A stretch of 63,996 nucleotides of DNA, the filler included, from Basidioascus undulatus (lineage: Eukaryota), in assembly GCA_000826855.1 (NCBI GenBank). It is 6 parts of 6 records of this genome, joined end to end, with 100 filler letters (N's around TTAATTAATTAA, not from the genome) between each part and the next. Parts side by side here need not be neighbours in the genome. Positions count along the whole stretch, not along the records: positions 22,262 to 29,572 come from JTLS01001579.1; positions 29,673 to 57,358 come from JTLS01000158.1; 4 more parts are not named here. The stretch is one strand, 5' to 3'. The position numbers and the translations under genes are program-made. Below are positions 26,125 through 38,846 of this stretch, piece after piece. Under the pieces are notes generated by a model. The model was not told where the DNA came from. It was given only the letters and a program-made list of their open reading frames with translations, and made no database searches. The first letter of the stretch is position 1. Each line of letters starts with the position of its first letter.

Positions 26125-27054
26125 TCAGTAACGCGCCGCGATAAAGTCCGCCGCGACCTCTGCATCTTCGCCGTAAGTGAGGTGCGCGTCAACATTGGCA
26201 CCCCTACACCGAAGACCCCATTAAAAGCTTGTCATTTTGCAGTCAACGCAACGGAGAAAGAGGGTACTGCTCACTTTACGCAGACCGGGTCTCCGTCATG
26301 GCAGATGGCCAGAACATCGCTGACAGAGTTGATGGGCCACTCGTTGCTCGAAAGACGCTGAAGGAAATAGTAGGGGTAAGGTGGCGGGAGGGCTCCATCA
26401 GACGCTGTGATGAGTAATAGAAGCTCTGGGTTCATGTCTTACATAGGGGTCTCCGAACACCGTCACCGCGATCACCTTGTCCTTGATCTCCTGGGGGAGC
26501 TGCGAGACTGTGCGAGCGGGACGAGCTCGTTAGCACCGCGCGCAACTTACCGCTAATGTCCAGACCTCGCCTACGGTGAATGACCATGGCTCCCTTGCTG
26601 TAGCCCGAGATGGTGAAGCGCTGGTCCGGGCACGCAACGTGCTGGGCAGCAAGGTGGGCTTCGAGGTCGTCCGCCCCTTGCTGGGGCGAGATGACATACT
26701 CCGGAGTGGAAGGGTAGTCGACGCCGTACGCGGTTACACTGGAGATGTAATTTGTTAGACATGCTACATCTCTCCGTAATACCAAACGGGAGGTGGTTAC
26801 TCGGGAATGCGCGCCCGCAGAGCGTTGTACAGAGGCTCACCGATGATGCCCCCTAGACCCGGCTGCTCCGTTGTTCCTCTCGCACTGATAAACTTGAGGG
26901 AGGAGCATGAAGCTTGGCGGGGAGCAACAAGTGGCGCAGCCAGTGCGCTGCTGAACGCCGAGATGGCCTGTATAATCCCAAGCTCGTGAGGCAGTTGAGT
27001 CAAGAGTCAGGGATGAACATAGCGTACAAGGAAGGTGGAAGAAGCGAAACGCAT
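26125..27054 (-). CDS. Secreted cutinase-like esterase (CE5), multi-exon
   Basis: Signal peptide MRFASSTFL|AISAFSSALAAP, then ISARGTTEQ, VDYP, CPDQRFTISGYSKGA, VFGDP, CHDGDPVC and HLTY, giving a complete Ser-Asp-His triad. TATA-like TTTATAA lies about 80 nt upstream. Confidence 0.92.
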
Positions 27055-28943
27055 GGCTGGTCACGCGGGTATCTGTCTTGACTCCGAGCGGATGAAGAGG
27101 ATGCGGGACTGCCAGGTCTTGACACAAGTTTCCTTATAAAGCATGCCGGGAGCAATGAAGTGTGTTTTTGTGTATTTGGCATATCGCTACATGTGGGTGC
27201 ACTGACTGCACTGCAGTCATTCGGGAAGTTCAGTCGCCGGGTGTGATGGTCGTTGCATTTTGCAACTCTTCCGCTTCCCCTGACAAGGTCGCGTGACAAG
27301 ACGATCAAACAGGAAAGGCAAACCAAACAACAAAGCCCCACCCACCTGACCTCTCCTACTCGTCGAGGGACCTGTGGCACATGTTCTGGGACTGGGGTTC
27401 TCTAGGAGTGAAGAGAGGGGAGAAAAACAGGAGAAGTTGGGATGGCAGTTTGGCTGCTGCAGCTGTCCAGGTCCTTGCAGGTCGATTGATCCTTGTACTT
27501 CGAAGAAACAGAAGTCAAAAGATAAGATAGCATTTCATGTGATCTGGCAAGACGAAATGAACTCAGGCACTAGCGTTCCGGCGACGAGTGATGGCTGGAG
27601 GCTTCTGAAGCCAAAACAACTTGGCGGGCTCAACTGCGCTCGCCTACATGCCATGCCACAAAAACGACAGGCGCAAACATGAGGGTCTGCACAACGAAGT
27701 GGAAAGACACTATCCTCTCAAAAGAGGATCTTCACTTTCTCGTCTGAGCTGGTAAGGAAGACGGTGAACATCTGTCTTCTTCAGTGCCCCCTTTGTCTGC
27801 ATCAAGAGTTTGCCCTCAATCCAAACAGGTTGATGATCCATACTAATTCTAAAGATCTAGACCAGACTGTACATCTTTCCACTTGCATCATTGTCAAAGC
27901 ATCAAAAGTAAATAAAGCAAAAGTTTTAAGGACCGCCCCATGCGGCCCTGTGACCTCGCGGCTTTCGCTCATGGGTCCAATATTGGCATGGTTAACGACT
28001 TTGTAATGATCTCTGGCTTTGACTTTATAATGACTTTGGTATCTCGTAATAACTAGTGCTTATACTCGTGCTTTTCCGCCCCCTGGCACAGAGGACGAGC
28101 CGGGGGGTCTCGCGTACTCGCCGCTTCACCACCGCGCCTGACAGTGAGCGGTGGACCTGCGTGCATATTATGAAGCGTCGGTGCGGAAAGGACGGGTCCT
28201 CTTGCTCTGCTTGCACTACGTGCTGCAGAACTATTTTCTGAGCTTTGTTGGTTACTGTGGAGGGCAGCTGGAGTCTCGAGGCGGAGGCAAACGTGGGGTT
28301 CCGTGCAGCCGCCACACTCTCCTGTTTGAACGATACGTTCTCAAACACCCTCGTACACAGACGCCGGTGCACTCAGCTTCACGCGCGCAAGCGTCCGGGA
28401 ACCGGAGGACATTCGGCTGAGAGGGAGTGCGTCCTCTGCGGGGCCGGCCTTGCTTTCCGCCGCCTCCGAAATCCGCCGCGAAGAGGAGACCGCGGAGTGC
28501 ACGAGCAGGGGAAGGGCGGCCTGCGTACCAAGCCGGTTTGCGTTCCTTTGCCAGCGAGGAGAGCCGCCTCAGAAAAGAAAGAAGAGCGAGGACAGCATCC
28601 CCGAGGTCCGGGTGAAGAGGCGGGCAGGTTGCGACTGCGTTGGGTCAATGCCGAGCGAGCGGCTCAGCAATGCGAGCGGGTGAGATCCAGCAGCGCGGTC
28701 GAGCCCCGATATCGCAGAATCCGCATCGAACGGCATCGCGCTCCTTCAGACGAGTCGGGTCGGGCTGGATGCGAGGGCTACGTTCGAAGGGCGAGCACGA
28801 GGGCGCGTGGGCAGCGCAGCCAGAGGGAGTGTAAGTTGTGCGTGGATGGATGGGTATCATGCGGTATGCGAGCGAGCAAAACATTAAGAAGCGGGATCCG
28901 GAAAGGAAAGGCGACGAGGTTCGTCGGCGTGTGGGAAAAAGAG

Positions 28944-29572
28944 TTATTCTCTGCGTTCTCCCCCCTCCATCAGCCCACGCCACGCGAGGAAAGCGAGAGG
29001 TAGGGAATGGGGAAGAGAGAAGGGCAACGCACACTACTTTCGCTGGCCTCCCCGAGTTCTGACACCTGATGAAAAGCCAGTCGACCGCTTCCCTCACGCC
29101 GTGCCTGTTCCAGCCCACCCACGTCCCCTGATCAGCTCCCTCCGCTCCCCCGCCTTCTCACATTCTTCAACCGACTCACCCCGTAACAGCCGAACACTCC
29201 AGCACGCCTCCCCTGTGCTCCGCGCCCTCCTTCCCCTCCTGCCCGAGCATCCCGAGCGCCTCCAGGCGCCCGCTCAGCCCCCCGCCGGCGCCGGTGGAGT
29301 CGTGCGCCCCCGCGGCTGCGGCAGCCTCGGCGGAGAAGGCCGCGAAGCCAGCGGTGAGGTCCGAGGGGGTGATGTGCTCTGAGGCGGAGGATGAAGAGGT
29401 GGAGAGGTCGGACTTGGAGAGAAGGAGGAGGATCGGGATGTGCCGGAGGGAGGGGTGAATTTTGAGCGCCTCTGGTTCGTCCACAGCGCTCAAGATCAGA
29501 AGGAGGAAGGGGAGGAAGGGCAGGGGGCAGGGGGAACGGGCATGACGGGCTGAGCCTGGTCCTGGAGAGCGC
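28944..29572 (-). CDS. ARF-like GTPase ARFRP1/Arl3, C-terminal part (5' truncated)
   Basis: IPILLLLSKSD (G4) ... CSAVTG|HGVREAVDWLFIRCQNS (G5 and terminal helix). A probable last micro-exon ends at TAA 28946-28944. Confidence 0.7.
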
Positions 29573-29672
29573 NNNNNNNNNNNNNNNNNNNNNNNNNNNN
29601 NNNNNNNNNNNNNNNNTTAATTAATTAANNNNNNNNNNNNNNNNNNNNNNNNNNNNNNNNNNNNNNNNNNNN
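29573..29672. other. Artificial contig linker
   Basis: N44-TTAATTAATTAA-N44. Confidence 0.98.
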
Positions 29673-32600
29673 GGGGGCAGTGACGACCCTCCCGCTCCAA
29701 CTCGCGCTCGCGCTCGCCCCTCCCGCACCTTCCGCGTGCGGGCAGCCCGTCGTGGTCGAGCCCTGGCGTGCGAGCGCGTGCGCTTGCGGGCGAGGACGAC
29801 GAGGACGACCCCTTCATCGAGACGCTCCAGCGCGTGATTGCGATTGCGCAGGACGTCCTCGACACGCCCATGACGGCGTTCGTCGCAAAGCCGGGCTCGT
29901 GCAGGGAGCTTGTGGAGAGGGTCCAGGCGGTGGGGCGGGAGTGGGACGACCACCCGGACTGGCAAGGCCGCGGGTGGTACGTCCAGCTGCTGCTCGCTGT
30001 CGCCGGGCTCAGTCGCGTGGTGGAATGGTGGCAAGGTGAGATCCTCTCTGTCGCTTTTAGAGGACGTACTCTGCGTACTGACCCTCTACACCGGCAGCCG
30101 AGAAGGGGTTCTGGAACTTTGACCAGACCGAGGAGGAAGACGCCGAGCCGCTCCAGTTTGTCATGCGGCCAATGGACGACTCGCCCTGGGAGCGCGCCGA
30201 GCGCGACGCCGCTTTCGGCGGCGCGGCCCCGCCGACGTCGACCGCCTCCAGCCCTCACATCACGCGCGGCCGCGCGCTCTTTACCGAGTCGCATGGCGAC
30301 ACGGGCGCAGCAGGATCCACCACACCCGCTTCGTCCCACTCGCCAGGCCCCGGAACGGTCCGGTTCCCGGTCGAGCCTTCGCCTACCAAGAGCGGCGACG
30401 CGACGGCGCGCGTTCACGATCTGCAACAGGCTGTCGAGCATAGCCGCAACGCCAACGTCCTCATCGATCTCAGCCTCGATGGAGAGCGGTTCTTGTTCAT
30501 CGCACCCGCTTGGATGGACGTCGTCAGGTATGTCACTATCCGACTTGTGAAATTTAGATCGCATCGCGCTAATGTTCATCTTTGCTTGCAGGACGGACCC
30601 GAATGAGCTCATCGACACGCCCATCTCCGATCTGCTTGCTCCGGCCGACGCGGATGTTTTCTCGGAGGCTACGCGCCAGCTCGACTCGGACGACGAGCAC
30701 ACGGTCGAGGTCCGCTTCCGGCTGCAGGTCGCGGACGACTCGAGCGCCGAGGAGGACGAGGAGCGCGAGCCAGGCCCGTCCTTCCGCGAGTTTGAGGGCA
30801 AGGGCATGATCATGCAGGATCGCGCGACAGGCGAGCACACGCACACGATGTGGGTGATCAAGCCTGCGCTGCCGACGCAGATGGAGATCGCCGTCGCCGA
30901 GGATGAGGCGCTGCGCTCTGCAGGCCTCGTTGGCTTCCACCGCCGCGTTGTCAGCGACCCCGTCGCGCCCGTCACGCCGGCGCGCGCGCGCAGCATCTCG
31001 ACCGTGCCCATCCTCTGCCGCATCTGCGAGCGCGAGGTGCCCGCGTGGTACTTCGAGAAGCACAACGAGACGTGCAACGAGATCCACCGCCTCGAGCTCG
31101 ACATCAACTTCTGCAACGAGCGCCTCGCCGAGCTGCGCGATACCATCCGCGACCTCGGGCTCGCGATCGACCGCAGCACGCCGTCTACGCCGGCCGAGTA
31201 CGAGGGCGTGCCGATCTTTGCCCCGCCTCCCTCGGCTACGCCCCCGAACGCTCTCGAAGCCCTTCGGCCGCCCCTCTCGCCGCGACCGCAGCTGCACGCT
31301 GTGCGCAAGCTGCAGCATCGCGTGCTCGACCAAGTGTACGAGGTCCTTCAGGTCGCTATCAAGATCTCCACACCAGGCGTCAAGGAGGACCCGCCCGATA
31401 CGCCGATCGAGCGTCAACGCCTCCTCTCGCCCGCGTCCGAGAGCAAAGTCGCCCAGGTCCACCGCTGGCAGAAGCCGTCGACCGAAGACGCCGCGCTCGG
31501 CATGCTCGTGCGCGACGTCGAGGAGCAGCTCCGCGTCAAGCTCAACACCGTCACGCGCATGCGCAACACGATCGTCTACTCGGAGAAGGTCCGCGCCGAG
31601 TGGGAGGAGAAGGTCCAGACCGCGTTGGCCAAGCTCGAGGCGGAGGCGGCCGCGAACGAGAGCTCGAGCGCGACCGACAGCGGGGACGAGGAGGCCGAGG
31701 CCGCTGACCAGGACAGGCGCGAGTCTCCAGAGAAGACCGCGAGTCCGCCTCTCCCTCCAAACTATTCGTACGCCGCAGAGGTCGCATCCCCCACTCCCAC
31801 GCGCGGCGTTTCACCCGTCAAGTCACCTTCGCCCGTTAGACTCCCGTCGCCGTCCGAGCTCGGCGTGAAACCCGCCTCCCCACCCGTCTTCACCTCGCCC
31901 TTCGACGCACCCCTCGACGCCGGCGCTGCTCCAAAGCGCGCGCTCTCGCCCACCGCCGTGCCGTCCGCCAGCCGCGGACCGTCTCCCTTGAGCGCCCCAT
32001 CCTCCTCGCACACCCCGTCTCCTCTCGGGGGGACTCCCGCCCCTACTCCTCCCGCCCGCCTCTCGCCACCTCCCTTCCTCTCATCTTCCTCCGGCTCATC
32101 GCCGGCCGAGAGCACTCCGCACGTCGCCTCTGTCGCCTCCACGGGCATCACACCTCGGCAACATCCTACCGCGCCGAGTGCTAGCGTTCCAGCCAGCACC
32201 GCAGGGATGGGATCGGTCTCCGCGCTGTCGCTCACGCCCAAGACCGAAACGCCGCCGGACAAGCCCACGCCGGCGATGGTCCCGCCTACGATGGAGCGCT
32301 TGGAGACGCCCCCGATCTCGCCCGGCCTGAGCCCCACCCACAGCCGCCGGGCGTCTTCGAAGGAGCACCGCGACAGCCACCACCGCGGCTCTGGCTCGTC
32401 GGCGCCGCTCTCGCCACGTCTTCCGTCTAGCGTTCCTGCGTCGCGTCCGACGCCCGCGTCGATCAAGGACTTCGAGATCATCAAGCCCATCAGCAAGGGC
32501 GCGTTCGGCTCGGTCTTCCTCGCCAAGAAGAAGACGACGGGCGACTACTACGCGATCAAGGTCCTCCGGAAGTCCGACATGATCGCCAAGAACCAGATCA

Positions 32601-35375
32601 CGAACGTCCGCGCCGAGCGCATGATCCTCATGACCCAGGCCGAGTCGCCGTTCGTCGCCAAGCTCTACTTCACGTTCCAGACCAAGGACCACCTCTTCCT
32701 CGTCATGGAGTACCTCAACGGCGGCGACTGCGCGTCCCTGGTCAAGACGATCGGCGGTCTGCCCGAGGAGTGGGCCAAGCGTTACATCGCGGAGGTCGTG
32801 CTGTGTCTCGAGAACTTGCACGCCCAGGGCGTCGTTCATCGGTGGGTAGCACCATGAGCGTCTCGCTATCTTTCCTCCCAGCAACTGATCCATTTCCACA
32901 CATTGCAGTGACATGAAACCGGACAACCTCCTCATCGACCAAAAGGGCCACCTGCGCCTGACCGACTTCGGTCTTTCCAAGATCGGTCTGCTCGGGCGAC
33001 AAGCGCGAGATCAGCGCGAAGGTCGTGGCCTTCCGACCGCTCGACCGCGCGCCTCGCCCCGCTCCTCGTCTCGCCAGAACTCCGTCGACGCGTCCATGGG
33101 CGGGACGCCGCTCCTCTCGCCCGACGGCACCTTCTCCGGCGTCCCCTCCGCGAGCACGTCGTTCGCGCAGTCGTACTTCCAGAACGTCTTCGGCGGCCAA
33201 CGACGCGCATCCGGCCACTCGACCGATGGCGATTCGGAAGCGTCCGAGAACAAGGGCAACCCGACAGCGCCGAGCTCGGGCTACAGTCCTGCGCAGTCCT
33301 TCGCTTCGGGGCTCAACACCGCCCTCCGGTCGCCGTCCGTCGCTGCGATTGGTCAGGCTCACGGTGATACGCCGCGCACGTTCGTGGGGACGCCGGACTA
33401 CCTCGCTCCAGGTTTGTCTTTCTCTCCCATGTTATCGGTTTTGGCTGCTGATAAGTGATCAATTTCGCAGAGTCCATCCTCGGTTTCGGCGGCGACGACA
33501 TGGCGGTCGACTGGGTCAGCTTTTTCTGTATACGAGCCACTTGTATGCGAGCCCTCACTGACATTTCTTGCTAATCGCAGTGGGCCGTCGGCGTGATCCT
33601 GTACGAGTTCTTGTACGGTGTCCCGCCCTTCAACGCCGAGACGCCGGACAAGGTCTTCGACAACATCCTCTCGCGCCGAATCTCGTGGTTTGAGGACGAT
33701 CCGGACTACGAGATCTCGCACGAGGCGCGGGACATCATGGAGCGCCTGATGTGTACCGACCCACAGCGCCGCTTGGGCGCCAACGGCGCAGAGGAGGTCA
33801 AACAGCATCCCTTCTTCGCCGACATCGACTGGAGCACGATCATGAACGAGGAGGCTGCCTTCGTCCCGAACGTCCCCGACCCGGAGGCGACAGACTACTT
33901 CGACGCCCGTGGTGCACTCGGCGAGGTCTTTTCCGACGACGTCGACGTCCCCTCTCTCTCGCAGGTCCCCTCACCGCCGCACCACGCCGAGACGGCTCCG
34001 CCCGAGGTCGAGCCGGGCGCGATCCACCCGCCCTCCGGCGCGCCGGACAAGAAAGCGATGGACGACTTTGGCGCCTTCAACTTCAAGAACCTGCCGGTGC
34101 TCAAGCAGGCCAACGACGAGGTCATCCGCAAGCTGCGCACGGAGGCCATGATGCCCATGGGGCAGGCGCTCGAGGGTGGGTCCGCCTTGCCGGCGCACGT
34201 CCGTCATCGGAGCCTGTCCGGCAAGGGCAAGCTCTCGCGCGCAGGCAGCATCTCGACCGACACCAAGGTATGTGACTGCCTCGTCTCGAAATGTATTGAG
34301 TGGGTGCTGACACTGTCGCCGTACAGTCTCGAGGAACGTCATCTGCCTCCAACGCGACCAACCCGCCTTCACCGTCGACATCCGCCACCTCATCCGTCGA
34401 GACAGGCTCGCGCGGGAGTCCTGCTACGCCCCAACACGTTCATGCGCGTAGCCAGCACGTCCGTCGTCCCTCCGACAACGCCACAGTCGACCGACTGCGC
34501 GCGCAGCTCGGCAGCGACAACGACCCGAACCGACGCAACTCGCTTCCCACTCGTCTGCGGGCTGCATCGCTGAGCGATTCCGAGCGCAGCGAGTCATTCC
34601 GGCCGCACAAGAAGACGCCGAGACCAGTCGGCGAGGTCGCGACGCCAGCAACATCGGTCGCTTCGGAGTCGCCGGCTGATCGGCCGGTGGACGTGCTGGT
34701 TGCGGAAGGTGCGTCGATCGGATGCGTCTAATCTTACCCAACACCAAGTAACCTGTTACGGCCTTCGCAGACAACCCCGTCTCTCTGAAGATCCTGGAGA
34801 TGCTCTTGACGCGCATCGGGTGCCGCTGCGTCCTGGTGAGAGACGGAGCCGAGGCCGTGTCGGTCGCGATGGGCGATGTCGGTGCGTGAATCTGTATTGA
34901 CCGCAGCGTTTCGTGTACTTGATGCTTACGTCCTACTCGTGGATACAGAGTTCGACTGCCTGTTCTTCGATCTCGCGATGCCCAACCGTACGTCGAGCTC
35001 ACTGCCTATCTCCCACTCGACGCTGACCTCCCTGTGTTGAACAGTCGACGGTGAAAACGCTGCGCGCGCGATCCGGAGTCTGCCCAACGCCAACCAGTTC
35101 AAGCCGATCGTCGCCGTGACGTGAGTTCGTTCTTGACTGTCCTCTCTACTCGCACGACTGACATCGTGCGATATCCTTGCAGGTCGTTCGAGAAGGACGC
35201 TGCGATTTCGCACGAGGGCTCGATCTGGAACGCGGTCCTCTCCAAGCCCGTCCAGAAGCAGGACCTCCTGCGCGTCATGACCGAGCTCGGCTTTAAGACG
35301 GCGCCGAACACGGGCAGCAAGGCGTCCGCGAGCGTCGTCGCGGCGAGCAAAAAGATGGAGGAGGCGGTTGCATGA
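29673..35375 (+). CDS. RIM15: Rim15/Cek1 (Greatwall-like) Ser/Thr kinase with PAS, C2HC finger, split kinase domain, AGC tail and receiver domain; 5' truncated
   Basis: PAS-like exon, CRICE..HNETC, KPISKGAFGSVFLAKK, HRDMKPDN, DFGLS + insert + FVGTPDYLAPE, RLGANG..EVK.HPFF, and a C-terminal receiver (VAEDNP...FFDLAMP...AVT...SKP). Confidence 0.95.
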
Positions 35376-36190
35376 TTCCCTCGGCTTCCCTATCCACCAC
35401 CCCATCACCCCCGCGCACCTACCCTCCCCGCGGATTCCTCCTCCCCCTGTTTCTCCTGCCCATCTTTCTTATTATGTCTTGCTTTTCCACCGCTTCGCAC
35501 ATCATGATTCTTTCCTTGTTCTTGCCCATTCACGTCACCCACACTGCCACGAGCTGTCACATCTTCGTCCTCTTCTCCCCCGTTCAACATTCCCCATTCC
35601 CCCTGCATAGCATCGTTCCATTGCGCTCACGTTCACGCCCCTTTGTTGTACCATTGAGACGTCCCTTCACGCTGGTCCGCAATTTCTGACATCGCTGCGC
35701 TTTTCCACGTCGTCGTCATCTTGCCCCCCTTCGACGATCTCATTGGCTGGCTTGCTGAAGATGCATACGCATGATGCACCGTGTTTCCTCTGCCCACGAC
35801 GGGAGAGAACCGTGCCCGGGAAACAGATCGCACGAAGCTGGCAAGGTCGCTGTCGCCGGGTCCGGCTTGCCTGCAAACAGTTCAGAAATGAAGAGCTTTG
35901 CTTGCTTCTGCAGCAGGCATACGCCTTCCGACTTTCAAGGCGTCCGTAACACACACACACATACAGCATGACACAACGCGTGTGCGGTCGCCCTTGCGTG
36001 CGGCGGAGCTCTTCGCCGATTTACGAAAGTCTCGCTTGTGATATTGCCATCCGATCTCACTCGCAAATACGCAGTCTGTTCCGGGCGTCAGATCGTCAAA
36101 TGCGAGTATCGTAAAGTTCCTATGTCCTATGCCGACCCCCACATGCTCGACCCCTGCCCCTCCCGCCACCGCTGGACCCGCCCAAGACTC

Positions 36191-37457
36191 CTAAATGACA
36201 CGCTTGACTTCGAAAAACGCCTGTTGGGAGCGAGCAATCACATTCAGCCAATGAAGCGAACCAGCGAGACCGGAACAGGACGCGGGCGCACCTTGAGATA
36301 GTAAACCTGCCATGCGCACATGGCGAAGAGGAGTGCGGTCTGCGCGATCGACCACCACTTGACGCGGTCGTTGGTCGATTCCGCAGCTGAGAGGCATTGC
36401 GTTTCATCATCATGCGTCGGCCGGAGAGACGGGAAGCAGAAGGTTCAGGAGAGGGAGAAGCGACGCACTGTTCCTGTGCACCCGCTCCCTCGCAACCAGA
36501 TACTCCTGCTCGTCCTGCACGGCCTTGATCGCGTCGCTGAGGATACGGATCTCGCGTTCGATGGGCTGCGTCTGCCCATCGTCGGGCACGTAGATGATAC
36601 CGTGCACGTTGAACGAGACCGTCTTTTCGCTGTTCATGCTCATCGCGTTCGAGAAGCAGTACGTGTACCGCCCGTCCTTCGTCGCCGTCAGGGAGAACGT
36701 TCCCGTGTCCTTCTTCGGGTTTTGGTAGATAATGGAGGTCGGGTCGGAGAGCTGCAAGGGGGAGGAGAGCGGGAGCGTGAGAAGGTGTAAGTAGGACAGG
36801 GGTGGGGGGAGGGAAGAAGTACGGTGAAATCTGGATGGGAGGGATCGGTCAGCTCGGGACGACGACGTGGTAGGAGCGCGCAGGGAAATAAGATCGAGAG
36901 GGAAGAGGATGGGAGGAGGATGTGCAGCGGCTGCTGAGGCCGGGGGCATCCAGGAAGGCATCCCATCTCGCTCTCCGCCTCGTAGCTGAAGGGAGCCCCT
37001 CCCCGCCCATAAAAGCGCGACGATCCAGCCACCTCATCTCCTCCTCTTCAAAACCTTTTCGTCCGGATACAAATGTATAAGACTCACCGATATCGAGATG
37101 CCCTCCGCCCGAAACCTGGCTGTTCCCCATCCACCGCAACACGCAGCCTCAGCGCCCGCCTCGCTGCCGCTGTCCCGCAATCCCAACTCACTAAGTGACG
37201 GTCATCTACATCATCCCACGGTCCTCATCAGTCTACAGTACCGCTTAGAGGCGCAGCATAGCCAGAACGCACCTGGTCATCCTTGTGCAGATCCTGGGAT
37301 CGGAATGCACGTGTCAGTGCGCTGCCTCGCCCACAGCGCTCGAGCTGGGGCTGCGCACCTCAAAGAAGCACTCCCTGGCCCGGGGCTGTATTTCGATCAT
37401 GTACGCCTGCGCGCATGCTGCTAACAAGCATAGAGGAATGAGCAGCCGGGACAGCAT
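36191..37457 (-). CDS. EMP24: p24/emp24/gp25L family COPII cargo receptor (Emp24-type)
   Basis: Signal peptide, RECFFE, GGHLDI, DGRYTYCFSN, DEQEYLVARERVHRN, AESTNDRVKWWS, and an FFEVKRVI C-terminus. Confidence 0.9.
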
Positions 37458-38846
37458 GGCGGGCGTGGGCAGCGACGAGCGGGTTGACCTTGGAACGCGA
37501 GCTGACACCACGAGGCCTGCCTTCCCGCGGTCTTTCGGGAATACGAATTCGGGCCGCTCACCTATCTTCAGACACTCAAACCTTTGCCTCCTTTTGTGAT
37601 TCCCATTTCACACTTTCATGTCTTTGGAGTAGTTGTTCTTGTGGAAGCAGATGAAAGACGCGAAAATGTCAGCAATTTCACATCCAACAGTCTCCTAGAC
37701 GCGCATTGCACAGCCCAACCCGCCTTAGCTAGACTGCCGCAGTGTCTTTCTTCAACCCTTTCCCATTGCCCTGCTGCGATGATAAAGTCGCTCAATCCAC
37801 AACGGAGATAAGTCAAAAGGCTGTAAACTCCTAATAGAAGGAGTAATCTTTGTCAGCAGAACGGAGGTGTTCCGCAGACCGGACAGGACACTGCAGTGTC
37901 ATGCCCTTCCGAAGGCACTGTGTCCCGGTCCAGAACTTTGTTTCCATCTGTGACACCTACTATTTGGGTATGTAAAGCTTTGATCTCATATAATTACTCT
38001 GGGAAGTAGAAATTTGTTCCCTGATTGATTGCAGTATCGGGACAAAGATGTAAAGGCGGGTTGGCCGAAGCGCGAAGCACGTATTGAAGGAAAGCGCATA
38101 ACCGAAGAATTTTGCCACCGGTAAGTTACATAAACAGTTTAGGAATAAATCGGGGGTATAGGTAGTAGTCGTTGTACGTATTGCTTCGATGACGGTGGGC
38201 TCCCACCTACGTTTCGGCTGCAAGGCTCTTCTGCCCTACATGACTGCCGCTGATCGTTGACCTGGGAGTCTACAAGCTGTTGAGCATCTATTAATATTTT
38301 TTTTTTGTTTCTCTGCATCTATTTGGTCTCAGTGGACAGTCCTAGGCGGACTGAATGAGAAATATCTCGACTGCGACTGCTCAGACAAGCATGCACCCAA
38401 GCGGCGCATCGTTGCAGGCTGCCAGCTTGCGCTCTCCTATTGATTACTTTCTGCGGCTTTGACAGGTACTTTTTTCCTGGCTTGCATATATACCCTGATC
38501 CAAAAGAATGAGTTCACCTCACTAGTATAATTTGTTTGCAGCGTGAATCTAGAACGACGACAGACGGCTGACAGCTCAGCTGTCTTACAACGATCAGCGG
38601 CATCTCCGTCGAAGTCGGACACCGACAATCTCGGGCCTGCCTTTCGCTGGCCACGATCGCCCTGGTGAGCAACTGAGCAGCTGAGCAGCTGAGCATGATG
38701 TCTGTGCCTGGACAAACACTCATCCCAGCCCCGCCGAACGATTCGGACGTCACGTTTGGTGCAGTCGTTATAAAGACCTCTGCCCCGGTGGATCTCTCCA
38801 TCCATCCTCATCCATCTCTAACTCCTCACTCTTCAAAATCCCCATC

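Noticed and set aside
29617..33808. Long minus-strand ORFs (for example 563 aa and 297 aa) opposite RIM15
   Set aside because: These are antisense shadows of GC3-rich coding sequence with no domain signatures. The same applies to most overlapping ORFs in the track.
38672..38694. (CTGAGCAG)x3 upstream of PhyH, and hexamer runs at ~15088 and ~50431
   Set aside because: Ordinary slippage repeats; the ~50431 run simply encodes an EA tract.
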